From Malacoraja senta (taxonomy: Eukaryota): DNA of 64,000 bases. The stretch covers positions 11,596,001-11,660,000 of the forward strand of contig CM075990.1 in assembly GCA_038087875.1 (NCBI GenBank). Direction: 5' to 3'. The notes beneath the pieces were generated by a model. That model did no database searches, was not told where the DNA came from, and saw nothing but the letters and a program-made list of their open reading frames with translations. Of this stretch, positions 1 through 12,268 are shown piece by piece. The first letter of the stretch is position 1. Every line of letters begins with the position of its first letter. The position numbers were made by a program, and so were the translations under genes.

Positions 1-372
1 TGGTCCATTGTTGACTGTGGGCTAGTTGATAATCATTTATACACACAGTGAAACTCAACAGGTCAACAGTGAGACTACTACGATGACTAGGGTGGAGTAC
101 AGATAGAGAGAGAGGGAATGCTTGAGTTACCTGAAGTTAAAGAAATCAAGATTTCATACCACTGGAGTGTCAGCTGCCCAAGCGAAATATGAGGTGCTGT
201 TCCTCCAATTTACATTTGGCCTCACTCTGACAATGGTGGAGGCCCTGGACTGAAAGGTCAGAGTGGGAATGGGAAGGGGAGTTAATCTGGGAGATCAGGT
301 AGGTCCAGGCGGACTGAGCGGAGGCATTCAGTGAAATGATCGCCCAGTCTGCGATTGGTCTCGCTGATACAC
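1..372 (-). mobile_element. Penelope-like element 3' fragment (end of GIY-YIG endonuclease + 3' UTR)
   Basis: Minus frame reads NSPSHSHSDLSVQGLHHCQSEAKCKLEEQHLIFRLGS, the same C-terminus as the PLE copy at 56407-57232. Confidence 0.8.
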
Positions 373-489
373 ACAACATGCAGGGTAGGTCTTTGGGGCT
401 GGTGTTCATCATGTGAATATTTCTAAGTCAATGATGACTGGGTCTGTATCAACTGCATGTGTGTTATATTTAATCATGCTTTATAAAAC

Positions 490-600
490 AAACACAAAAT
501 GCTGGTGTAACCCAACAGGTCAGGCAGCATCTCTAGAGGACATGAGCAGGCGATGTTTCTGGTTGGGACCCTCCTTTAGACTAATTGCAGACTGAGAGTG
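490..600 (-). mobile_element. PLE terminal-repeat fragment (degenerate)
   Basis: acacaaaatgctggtgtaacccaacaggtcaggcagcatctct... matches the recurrent PLE 3' repeat. Confidence 0.7.
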
Positions 601-689
601 GAGAATGACGTACTATGTATCATCATTGTTGAAAACATCAAAGGACACGGTGCCTTACAATGCCATGTACGACAGTGATCGCAACTTCT

Positions 690-900
690 ACTGAAGTGTG
701 GACGGCCGTTGGCTCGCTAGGAGCTCATCCGCCCTTTGTCAGATCTTGTTTTAGGTCCTGCCGTGGGTCCACAGCCCCCTCCTCCCCAGGCAAACCAGGT
801 GGGCGAGATGGTTTAGTCGCCGACTATCCAACCATTGAGCAGGTAGCACGGGATTACATGGTACCCGAGGCTGGGGATAACTCCCCCCGACCTGACCTAC
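690..900. repeat. Unclassified GC-rich interspersed-repeat-like segment
   Basis: GC/CpG-rich block distinct from its flanks, ending gacctgacct; family not recognised. Confidence 0.3.
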
Positions 901-924
901 TTTGCAGATACTATCATAAAACCT

Positions 925-1080
925 AAGAGAGCTTTGGGCAGGTACATGGATAGGAAAGGATTAGAGGGTTATGGGCCAAGCACGGGCAGATGGGCCTAGT
1001 GTAGATGGCGCACCTTGGTCAGCATGGGCAAGTTGGGCCAAAGGGCCTACTTTCACGCTGTATGAGTCTGACTATAACTC
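925..1080 (+). mobile_element. CR1/HER1-type LINE 3' end
   Basis: gggccaaagggcctactttcacgctgtatgagtctgactataactct tail after a degenerate ORF2 end. Confidence 0.7.
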
Positions 1081-2264
1081 TTTGACATTAGTCTGCTTAT
1101 ATTCCAGTGATTTTGGAGGACTTTGAAAGTAGGACTGGTGGCATTTTTTCCACGATATCAACATAGAGTGCAGCAAATAACACCTGCCACCCCTCCCTTA
1201 CATCTGCTTCAAAGCTTGGAAGTTGTGACAATTTCTGAAGGCTCAATGAACAGTAAACCTAAAGGCGATTAGTGCATCCATTAATTTGTTTACGTAGAGT
1301 AGTAAGAGACATTGGTTATAATGGAATAATGTTTTCAAGTAGAATATTTTCCAGTGTCAGTATAAATTCCTTAAATCATTTTCAATTGTTAACTCTTTGA
1401 AGGGTAATAGGAAATACAATCCCAGGCTAGGCAAACAATGCCAGTCAGAAATATTTATGCCAGTAATAAATGCAGAATTATTTTGATTTATCGTAACGTT
1501 GCAAATCTCCCTCAAGGCAGAAACAGGGATTGCTGCTTCTCAGGCCCAGAGTGAAATTCAATGTTTGAACCTTCTTTTACCGATGGCCCTCTGGTAATCT
1601 GACTCGAATGTTCTGGTAAATCAGCCTTATCTATCGACATAAGACAAATTATTGTATCTATCTCATTTACAGCCCCTCTGTTAGCCATCGCCCTGTCAAA
1701 AAGAAAAAATCCCTGTCAAAAGCTTTGGGGAATTGCTGGCTGTAATCTTTTTAAACCATTCTTGGAACTCAATGCATGTGTTTGCCTAATCCTCTCTTTG
1801 ATTAGCGTATAGTCATAATCTTCTCCTGTTTGTTGAGAATGAATTAAAGTGACTGATGCGGAGGTTCATCACTGGGTTTAATGTAACTGTCTGAAGCAGT
1901 TTGTCAGGTCACATTCTGCCATTGCATCAGCTACCACTGTCCTTTCTCTCAGCACAATTGCTTTATTCTTTCGGCTGTTCCTCCTGATTAGTGTCAATTG
2001 ACTGGACGCAGATGCTGAACTGGTAGTTCCATGTCACGGCAAGGGCGAAGGCAGGCAAGATGGGAGAAAGATATGCTCAGACATCACTCTCCACATCCGT
2101 GTAGGTTGGACAATGGTGCTGAAGCATCAGGAACCCATATATTTCAAAGTTCTCAAACAACAGTTCAACCACGTATCAGTGACTAAAGCCGAGAGTCATC
2201 AGTGTTTTATTGTCATATGTACCGACGGTGGAACTATGAAATTGTTACTTGCAGCCACATAATA

Positions 2265-2530
2265 GCCTTACAGCGCCAGAGACCCAGGTTCGATCCTGAC
2301 TACGGGTGCTGCCTGCATGCAGTTTGTACGTTCTCCCCGTGACCACGTGGGTTTTCTCCGGGTGCTCTGGTTTCCTCCCACACTCCAAAGACGTATAGGT
2401 TCGTAGATTAATAGGCTTCAGTAAAATTGTCCCTAGTGTGTAGGGCGATGCAAGTGTACGGGATCGGTGATCGCTGGTCGGCGCGGACTTTGTGGGCTGA
2501 AGGGGCTGTTTCCGCGCTGTATCGCTAAAA
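2265..2530 (+). mobile_element. HE1-like tRNA-derived V-SINE
   Basis: B box ggttcgatcc, V-domain gtttgtacgttctccccgtgaccacgtgggttttctccgggtgctctggtttcctcccacactccaaagac, CR1-like tail. Confidence 0.85.
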
Positions 2531-3312
2531 GTCTGAAGAAAATGGGCCTGTAAACACAATACGCATATATTTTTAAGGTGCAGATTGATAGATTCTTGAT
2601 TAGTACGGGTGTCAGGGGTTATGGGGAGAAGGCAGGAGAATGGGGCTGAGGGAGAGATATATCAGCACCACCGTGCTTAGTAGTGGTGATTTTGGGAACT
2701 AAAGCTTCACAATTTTGTTGTTGTATTTCTTACTTCATTGGTTTTTATGACATCCTGACATTATGGAAGTGCGATTAAAATGCTATTCTTTCTAATTTTC
2801 TGACTGCTGTGAAGAAACATCCAGTAAGATTTCCTAGAAAAAGGGAACAATCCTTCGAACAATCCGTTAATACATGAGATGTGGATTCAATGCACTTTTG
2901 ATGTTATGTCAGTTTGCATCCAACTTTATAACAAGATGGAAAAACTCAGCTCTTTGTTATCTCTAAACCAAATAACCCATCTGGATTTACCAGTGTTTGC
3001 CCAATGTATTCTCACAGTTGTGTCTTGGCTAGATGTTCATGATGATTATGGTTTTACCTTATTACAGAGGGCAAGGCCCAGGGGGAGGTTCAGAGACAGG
3101 ACACGAGTCCGCACACTAACTCCATGTGATAAAATCTCCAGCCAGCAGAGAAGGTTTGGCACGATACTGTTTGGTGAAGTGGCCGGAAGAAATAACAGGG
3201 TTTTTTAAAAAGTGGCTGCGAAACTCTAATTTAGATCTGTTGCTCCTCAAGAAGTTCCAACTAATGAGAGGGCTTGAGTGGAATGGGCTGATCCCAAGTC
3301 CACTGCTGGGAC

Positions 3313-3511
<199 letters not shown>

Positions 3512-4744
3512 ACACTTGCATGCATGTTTGTGCATTCCAGTGAGTGCATGCGTGCACGCTTATTGCGTTCACTTATACAAATCCTTGTAGTTGTGTGTGC
3601 AAGAGTGAGTTTGCATGAGAGTCTTGTGGGAGGAAATGAGCGTGCAAGGAAGTGTGTGAGAGGTTGTGTAAGCACGAGGGAGCTTGTTAACAGTGCAGTG
3701 GAGGGTGTGAGAAAGATTGTGTCTGTGTCTGCATGTGGGTGGGTGTTTGTGTATCTGCACATGTGTCGGTGTGCCTGTGCATATTTTTGTGAGCGTGGCT
3801 GTGTGCATGCATGTCTTTCTGTCCAAGTCTGCATCTGATCAAGCGAGCAGAATTGAACAAGTAATTCAACAAAGGGAACCGTTGGAAACAGACAGCAGAC
3901 CAAAGTAACATTCAAACGTTACAGCTCCGTTGCCCAAAGATATGAGTCAGATATAAAAGATCGAAGGCGGCGCGGCAGCTATTCTGGATACAAGTCAAAC
4001 ATTCCCAAGGATTTATATTTCATGACATTTGAAAACACTAATGGAGTTCTGCTTTAAATAAAAGCTAAGAAAACTCACACCTCTTATGACTCTGTGCTTG
4101 CTTAGTGCAATAAAAATCAGACTCACAAATGTCGCAATTAACGAGGAACAGGATAAAGTACCCGGAGAGGGGCTCACCTTCAATCAACGAGCTTGCAAAG
4201 CATCCTCCCATGTCAGTCTTTTTACAGAAGCATTGTAGCCTCATCAAGATGTGGCCAAGTGCCACAAAGGTGACTATTGTCTGCATCTTATTATTTTTGT
4301 ACATTGTTTTAAAAACAATGAAACAAGCCCTGATGCAAATGCATTACGTTTTAAATCAAAAATTGGCAGAATGCCTTATGTGAGGTGAAGTAAAGAATCA
4401 TAGGGATGCAATTCCAGAGCTCAGGAGATCTGCAGATGAAGGAATCTCTGCCAATGGCCATGTGATTAAAATGGATGATGGGTAATATTTGGAAAGTTGC
4501 AGATATCTCCTCTTTTCAAAGGATGTGCATATTGCTGAAAAAGTCAGAGGCTTTGTTGTAGACTCATAAAGCACAAACACAGGCCATTCAGCCCTCTAGT
4601 CCATACTGGCCATCAGATGCCCATTCATACCAATCTCAGTTACCAACACTTGGTCATACAAGTGTTCATCTATAAATGAATCTACCTGTTTCCGCCACCC
4701 TCTGGTGCTGTGTGTTTGAGATTTCAAACAGCCATTCAATGGAA

Positions 4745-5110
4745 AAGGGTCTCGACCCCAAACATCACCTATTCCTTTTCTCTAGAGATGCTCCCTAGCC
4801 AACTGAGTTAGAAACATAGAAAATAGGTGCAGGAGGAGGCCATTCGGCCCTTCGAGCCAGCACCGCCATTCATTGTGATCATGGCTGATCGTAACGGCAG
4901 TTTTTGTTTTTAAAAGTTACGCCAGCTTTTTGTGTTTATCTCAGGTTTAAACCAGCATCTACAGTTCCTTCCTACACAATTGAAAAGGTACTTCCTTGGA
5001 TAGAAAAAAAGATCAGCTGGATAATGCAGCAAGTCAGGCAGCATCTGCAGAGGGAAATGGGCAGTCGACGTTTCTGGTCGCGAGCCTTCATCTCGACTGG
5101 AAGAGTAGAG
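4745..5110. mobile_element. Cluster of PLE terminal-repeat fragments with an embedded CR1 tail (~4810-4890)
   Basis: aagggtctcgaccccaaacatcacc...; agaaacatagaaaataggtgcaggaggaggccattcggccc; divergent minus copy at 5005-5110. Confidence 0.7.
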
Positions 5111-6094
5111 GGGCAGGAGCCGATGTGAAGATGTGGAGGGAGGGGGGTGGGGCAAGAGCTAACGAATGCCAGGCAGATACAGGTGAGGAGGGGGTGATTA
5201 GCAAATGGCAGTCAGCTGGGGGGAGGGCGGAGGTGGCAACGGAGGCGAGAAGCAGAGAAAGCAAGACGGCTGATTTTGCATGCTGTTATTAAATGTAGGT
5301 GAGGAATGGAACTGAATCAGGGGTGGTGGCAGATGGGAACATCTGAGGGCAGGGATGTGTGGGGTGAGGGGTGAGGAGGAAGGGGAAAGGGGAAAGGAGT
5401 AGGGGGAAGGAATCCAGTGGGAGGAGCGTATGGGAGAAGGGGAATAAAGAAATAGGGTGTTGGGGGCTGGGAGTAATGTGGGAAGAAGGGGATGTGAGAG
5501 AGGACCAGGATAATAATAATAATAATAATGAATTTTATTTATGGACGCCTTAGGCTCATACCAAGGTCTCAAGGACACCTTACAGAGATTTATGGTTAAC
5601 ATATAATCAGAATAATCAGAATTAAAAAAATAAGTTATAAAGGCCAATATACAAATCAGGGACAGAATTCCTTCCAAAAACACAGGACAGGTAGGAGAGA
5701 GAAAGTGACAGAGGCACAGTGGAACTGCTTGGTGTGTTAAGAGCTCGGCCATTTGCTGTGGGACATCAGCTTTTGCCACCCCCCTATTCCAGTAACCATG
5801 GTAATCATGGTCAGTTCAAAACGAGAGCACCCGGAGACAACCCAAGTGGCCACAGGGAGAACATACAAACTCCGTACATGCAGCACCCAGAGCCAGTATT
5901 GAACCTGGGTCTCTGGTGCCTTATAGCAGCAGCTCTACTGCTGCGCCACCATACTGCCCTATATATCTTCTATGGACTATGTCTGTGGTTGCACGACAGA
6001 TTTCTGTTTTACACTGCCATGGTTACCTTGTATCACAGTTATTAATTTATTGCATTGTAGATTATTATGTATTTATCTGTTTATTATTGTGTTT

Positions 6095-6295
6095 AATGAG
6101 CTTCCGGTGGAAGTGGTGGAGGCAGGTTCGATTTTATCATTTAAAAATAAATTGGATAGGTATATCATATGGCCGGGAAAGGAATGGAGTGTTATGGTCT
6201 GAGTGCAGGTAGATGGGACTAGGTGAGAGTCAGTGTTCGGCACGGACTAGAAGGGCCGAGATGGCCTGTTTCCGTGCTGTAATTATTATATGGTT
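6095..6295 (+). mobile_element. CR1-type LINE 3' end
   Basis: NELPVEVVEAGSILSFKNKLDRY followed by gggccgagatggcctgtttccgtgctgta. Confidence 0.75.
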
Positions 6296-6438
6296 TATGG
6301 GCTTGTTAAACTGCAGTGAGGATTAATTTCATTATTCTGTTTGCCAGTGCATTTGACAATTGTTTCCTTGTTTATTATATTGTTTACAGAGTACGATGCT
6401 TACATATTCTGTTGTGCTGTAAGAAATTAATTGTTCCA

Positions 6439-7317
6439 TAGTTTAGTTTAGTTTAGCTTAGAGATATAGAGCGGAAACAGGCCCTTCGGCCCACCGAGTC
6501 TGCACTGACCTGCAATCCCCGCACACTATCACCATCCAACACCCTCTCAGAAGACTACGTAAAGCAGGTCTCCCCACTACACACCTACGAACTTTTTATA
6601 GGGGGACAATCGAGAGCACATTAACCTACGGCATCACTTCCTGGTTCGGGAGCTGCAAGGCGTATGAACGGCACCAACTAGACAGGATTGTGAAGACCGC
6701 CAGCAGGATTATTGGTGCTCCACTCCCTTTCCTGCTGGACATATACAGGAAGAGATGTATCAGCAGAGCCATCTCCATCATCAAAGACCCCTACCACCCA
6801 CCGCATCACATATTCTCCATCCTGCCATCTGGGAAGAGGTACCGGAGCATTAGGTGCAAAACCAGCAGGATGCTCCTCAGCTTCTTCCCGCAGGTTATAA
6901 GACTGATAAACGGACTTTGCCCCCTGCCAAAGTATCGTGCACCAACCACCAACCTGGACACACTGCAGCAGAGCCACTGTCGTGCCGCTGCCGATCAGAA
7001 CGCCTGTTGATGTTTAGTAGAGTAGAGTGTTAATTTGTTCATGATATATGTATTTTTACTTCTATTTATTTTTTACTGCACACTGAAATGGACACTGGTT
7101 GAGGAATGTTTTTTTGTCTCCTCTGGGTATGCGAATACTCAGGAAATGACAATAAAGATATACAATACAATAGGGACAATTTACATTTCTACAAAGCCAA
7201 TTAACCTACCAATTTATACGTCTTGGGACGGGGAGATAGTAAAGCTCCGTACAGACAGCACCCGTAGTCAGGATCTGGCGCTGTAAGGCAGTAGCTCTAC
7301 CACTGTACCACTGTGCC
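6439..7317 (-). mobile_element. HE1-like SINE split by a Rex1/Babar insertion
   Basis: SINE tail part at 6439-6540; the remainder resumes at 7171 (tagggacaatttac...). Confidence 0.8.
6540..7171 (+). mobile_element. Rex1/Babar-type LINE 3' fragment (ORF2 C-terminus + 3' UTR)
   Basis: Open frame PLRRLRKAGLPTTHLRTFYRGTIESTLTYGITSWFGSC...IIKDPYHPPHHIFSILPSGKRYRS...SFFPQVIRLIN; aataaa and (tacaa)n tail. Confidence 0.85.
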
Positions 7318-8232
7318 AGCCTATCTGGGGCATATGACGATAGAGCACTCTTGAAAAAAAATCTTGACTCTCTCTTGACTCTAGACTCTTGAAAAGGTGC
7401 CAGCATGCCTTGATTGTATCCAATGCTTGTTTTGTAGACAACGTGGTGCCAGTCCGCATATAGCAGTCCGCCTGCTATTAGTGGCTGGGATACTGTGCAT
7501 CAATCTAGCTTTTAACTTTTTAGAGGTGCCAAGATGCTGTGACAGCATGTACCCTCACAAAACAACACTGATTGTTAGCGTTGGATAATGTTTTATATAG
7601 GAACCCTGTTGTTTTATTTAGTAACTCAGTTAGGGATGGTTGTACACACCAATCCCCACTCTCTATGTTGGGCTATTTAATAGACTTCAGTGTCCAGCAA
7701 GTATCAGGCTCCAACCAAGCTAGCTTAGGAGGGGGGGGGGGGGGAGTGGGGGGGGGTAATGGAGACCGACAGCTTTTGAGTTTTAAGAGCTGATCAGCAA
7801 AAGTACCTTGAGGTCTTCTCTGCAGCATCAGCGTGAATTCCCCAGACAAATGCCCTTTCACAGTGATCATTATGCTTGCTGCTTCAGCCCCAGGAGCATT
7901 TCATTTTCTCAAAGCCTTTGGCCTTCAGTCTTGGCTTGACTGGCAAGTGCGAATCTTCGCAGAGAACTCATTAAGGTACGCAATGCAGGAATGACAGGCC
8001 ATTGTCACAGTGTGAAAGCAAGTGAGGCAAGTGCCTTGCGTTACGCCTACATGGACGTTTCAAGTCATGAGCAACGTTCTTTCGCAGAAATTAAAGAAGA
8101 ACCAGAGGAACAAACACCTCTGTGCAGATGTGCAGTACTGACAGCACCCACAGACAGGATGGAACCCGGGTCTCTGCAGCTGTAAGGCAGCAACTCTCTC
8201 TGCTGTCCAGCCACTGTACTGCCCCATATATC

Positions 8233-8530
8233 TTTAGTTTAGTTTAGAGATACAGTACGGAAGCAGGCCCTTCGGCCCACCAGGCCCACGCCAACCAGTG
8301 ATCCCCGCACATTAACACTATCCTACATACACTAGAGACAATTTGTACTTCTACCAAGCTAATTAATCTACAAACCTGTACGTCGTTGGAGTGTAGGAGG
8401 AAACCAAAGATCTCAGAGAAAACCCACGGGGTCACGGGGAAAACGTACATACTCCATACAGACAGCACCCAGTATCGAACCCGGGTCTCTGGTGCTGCTA
8501 GAGCTGTTATGCAGCAATTCTACCGTGGTC
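8233..8530 (-). mobile_element. HE1-like SINE (partial head copy adjacent at ~8140-8225)
   Basis: (tttag)n tail and V-domain in reverse complement. Confidence 0.85.
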
Positions 8531-8883
8531 ACCCATCCATCTTCTATGGACTGAGGTCCTGTAAGATTCTACGATTCTGTAAGATTCCAAATCATTTAAC
8601 AGGCAGTGAACTACTCTGGAATGAATTCATATTCGTACCATAATATTAGAACAATTTGTGTACAATTCTCACAAATAGCATGGGGCTAATTGGCCAAACT
8701 CACCCTTATTTTCTTTGGAATTATATCACGAGATACGTTCTGTCCACTTGGAAATCAATGCCTGTAAAGCTCTGGAATATAATCGGAACATTTACAACGA
8801 TATTGGCTAAGCATATGAAGATAAAATGATTTGCAGGGCTATGAGGAAAATAGAACAGTATCGGTAACAGTCGGCTTTATCTG

Positions 8884-9106
8884 CAAGAAGCTAGACAAAA
8901 GTGCTGGAGAAACTCAGCGGGTGCGGCAGCATCTATGGAGCGAAGGAAATAGGCAATGTTTCGGGCCGAAACCCTTCTTCAGATTGATGTAGGGTGGGGG
9001 GGGTGCGGGAAGAAGAAAGGAAGAGGAGGAGCCAGAGGGCTGAGGGAGAGCTGAGAAGGGGATGAGACAATAAGGGCTACCGAGAATAAGGGCTACAAGA
9101 AGCTAG
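8884..9106 (-). mobile_element. PLE 3' fragment, subfamily B, with 11-bp TSD
   Basis: caagaagctag at 8884-8894 and 9096-9106; contains tttcgggccgaaacccttcttcag. Confidence 0.85.
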
Positions 9107-10860
9107 TGGTTTTAATGGGCCAAATGGCCTGCCTCTGTATCACTGAAACCCTTTGCTTGTGATAGAGGGTAGATGAGGGCTCATCTTTCGTGTTGGTGCA
9201 TGAACCTGCAATCTCCCGACTCCGTTCGATGAATAGAAACCACCAGTGTGGGCACAAGCTCTCCACTGTGGCTGTAAAGTTACAGCAAGTAACAATCTCA
9301 TTGTTCCCGTCCCAGTGAATATGACAATCAAACACTCATGACTCCCTTGACTCTTTAAGAGGGTGCAGTAGAATCACCACTTCGTGAAGCCTTTGTATGC
9401 GGAGAAAACCCTTGAGCTAAGGAGAGAAGGTTTGAAAAGCTTCAACAATGTGATCATAGCATTAGATCCCATTGGCGTCTCCTGTAAATAACCCCGAGAC
9501 CACAAACTACATTAATCAACTTCCACTGTGACTTCTAGAAATCTTTCAAAGCATTAACTTCGCCGTGCAGTGAGTAAATATTTTGCCCGAGATGATGACA
9601 AGCTTCCTCAGAGTTTGACAGTTCACAGTGGATGTTTTTGTGATGGGGAGATGGGATGAGGGATGGAGGGAATTTGTGCAGACAATTCCAGATTATGGCA
9701 ATGAGTGATGGAGAGATTTGTCACCACTGACAGAATGGAGAGAGAGAGAAAGAGTTGATATTGTTGAATCTTTTCAACAATTCAACAATATGTCAACTCT
9801 TGACTCGACTCTTGAGAAGGGGGCTTGGTGGAGCGCTCCTTCAGTGCTTCGTTGGAGTATCTGCCACGATGTCTTTCCTCAAACCTCCAGACTTAGAATA
9901 CTTCCAACAGAGCATACTTGGCCCAAACCTTTACTGCCAAGCTTATCATCCTTTTTGAAACTCTGATCTTAGCCATTCTTTCCCTATTCATCCTTAAACC
10001 CATCCTTTGGGTTCGGGCAGTCGTTGCATTTCCTAATCTTCGCGCTTCCTTTCCCTTGCCATCCTTTGCTCGGTTACCATTTCCCATCCAATTGTGTCAA
10101 TGGCTTTGGCCATCAACTGAAGGTGCTAGCTCAAGACAAATTGTTACAGGTTTATTCCCGCCAAAACTGAATAATATAACGTATTTTAATTTTTGTTCCA
10201 ACAATTAAATCTGAAAGGCAAGGATAACATTTTGCATTATCCCGCTGGGAGTGTTCTCATTCCGTGCTGTATATTCAACCGATTAAACTGGTGGAAAGGC
10301 TGACGCAGTTCCCCCCACCCAGTTGATGGAGGTTCTGCCATTCACCTCGTAGCCCGGTCTTCCGTCTGCTGCCCGACAGAGTTGTCTGGAAGCCAGCATG
10401 TTAACGTGAGAGGTATCGGATCAATCACGATGAAACGTAATGTTGATTCATGTGGTGAAATGACCAGACAGCCAAGAAAAACAAACCATTGTGCTCAACC
10501 TGCCCTGAACATAATGAGATTGCTATCTGACGTTTCAGTGAGTGCACTGCTGCCAAAGAGTGATTGACAATATTATTACTGACAGGATTTATGGGCCTCT
10601 CTGATAAACTGCTTCACTCATGGCTGTCAGCATGATCTCTCTAAATGGCTTGCCACCAGTAGTTTGAAGCTGTGTCACGGTGCAAGTGACTGGAAAATAC
10701 TAGCAGTAACAAAACAAAAAAAACACAAGTTCAAAGGAGCTTTTAATAACTGGCTTTCCATTATCCTCTGGCCGTTAGACTCAGACAATATCATCCACAG
10801 GTAATGAAGAAGGAAAGGCCAGTCCTTCAAGACTCTTTGTGTTGTGTCGCTGCCTCATGA

Positions 10861-10958
10861 AGTCAGAAGAAGGGTCTCGACCTGAAACGTCACCTATTCC
10901 TTTTTTCCAGAGATGCTGCCTGAGCCGCTGAGTTAATCCAGCTTTCTGTGTCTATCTT
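10861..10958 (+). mobile_element. PLE terminal-repeat fragment
   Basis: gaagaagggtctcgacctgaaacgtcacctattcc... Confidence 0.8.
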
Positions 10959-10980
10959 CATGACCATTTGGCTTGACTTT

Positions 10981-11117
10981 GAAATCCAATGGTTTTAATA
11001 ATAATTGACAATATTATCAATTTAAAAATGTTAGACTGTAATGATGTAAATAGGTTGTGTACTTATCTCCAATAATAAAAAAATATTAAAAAAAAAAAAA
11101 AGAAATCCAATGGTTTT
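10981..11117 (+). mobile_element. Short poly(A)-tailed retroposed insert (L1-type 3' end) with 16-bp TSD
   Basis: gaaatccaatggtttt at 10981-10996 and 11102-11117; aataaa + A-run; resembles the 3' end of the L1 at 15470-15869. Confidence 0.8.
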
Positions 11118-11647
11118 TCTTGCCGGATGTCAATTTTCATCTGAAATATTAATTACTGTACATTTGTAGTTCAGTGTTCAATGCAAGCTGGGAATTTGTT
11201 AAAGGTCACTAAATGGACTCAACAGCCGCCCATTGCCCTTTCCCCACCAACCTTCACCACCGGCATTTGGTTCCATTCACTTCAATTGCCGCGGATTTCA
11301 ATTGCTGATTGCAACTTCCCGCCGATTTTCTGGTACTTGTTCAGCTCGGCGGCTAAAGGCAGGCGACCGGAAGATCTTCATTGAAATCATCTGGTTAATT
11401 CTCCACATGCATTCTCCAGTCTGGAACACAACCTGGTGGCAGTGAAGCTACAGGAGGCGAAAGTCAGATGGCGGGATGTCAGTGGGGTTGGAGTGTTAGG
11501 CTGCTGAGATGGAGATGAATGTGCAGCAGAGACTTGGCTGGGTCAACAGTTGTAAAGCATTCAAGGTGGAAGGGCAGCCAAGAGACCACTGGCACATTTC
11601 ATTTGGGAGGTTCCAAAGGTTGGGATGAAGGTTTCAGCTCCAGTTGA

Positions 11648-12268
11648 GTTTAGTTTAGAGATACAGAGCGGAAACAGGCCCTAAGGCCCACCGGGTCCGC
11701 ACTGACACAAGCCTACACACATTGGGGACAATTTACACTTATACCAAATATACAAGCCCAGCCCAATTAACCTACAAACCTGTAAGTCTTTGGATTGTGG
11801 GAGGAAACCAAATATCTCGGAGAAAACCCTTGCAGGTCACGGGGAGAATGTACAAACTCCGTGCAGACAGCACCCATAGTCAGGATCGAACCCGGGTCTC
11901 CGACGCTGCATTCACTGTAAGGCAGCAACTCAACCGCTGCGCCACCGTGACCTTTTAGTTTAGTTTAGTTTAGAGATACAGGGCAGGAACAGGCCCTTCG
12001 GCCCACCGAGTCCACACTGACCAGCGACCCCCCATTCATTAACACTATTCTACACACATTAGGGACAATTTACACTTATACCAAGCCAATTAACCTACAA
12101 ACCTGTACGCCTTTGGAGTGTGGGAGGAAACCGAAGATCTCAGAGAAAACCCACGCGGTCACGGAGTGAATGTACAAACTCTGTACAGGGAGTCGGGATC
12201 AAACCCGGTTCTCAGGCGCTGCAAGCGCTGCAAGGCAGCAACTCTACCGCTGCTCCGCCATGCCACCC
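11648..12268 (-). mobile_element. Two tandem HE1-like SINEs (11648-11952, 11954-12268)
   Basis: Each has a (tttag)n tail, V-domain and tRNA-like head. Confidence 0.88.

Noticed and set aside
11284..11354. Possible minus-strand mini terminal exon AAELNKYQKIGGKLQSAIEIRGN*
   Set aside because: Weak pyrimidine tract and no recognisable homology.
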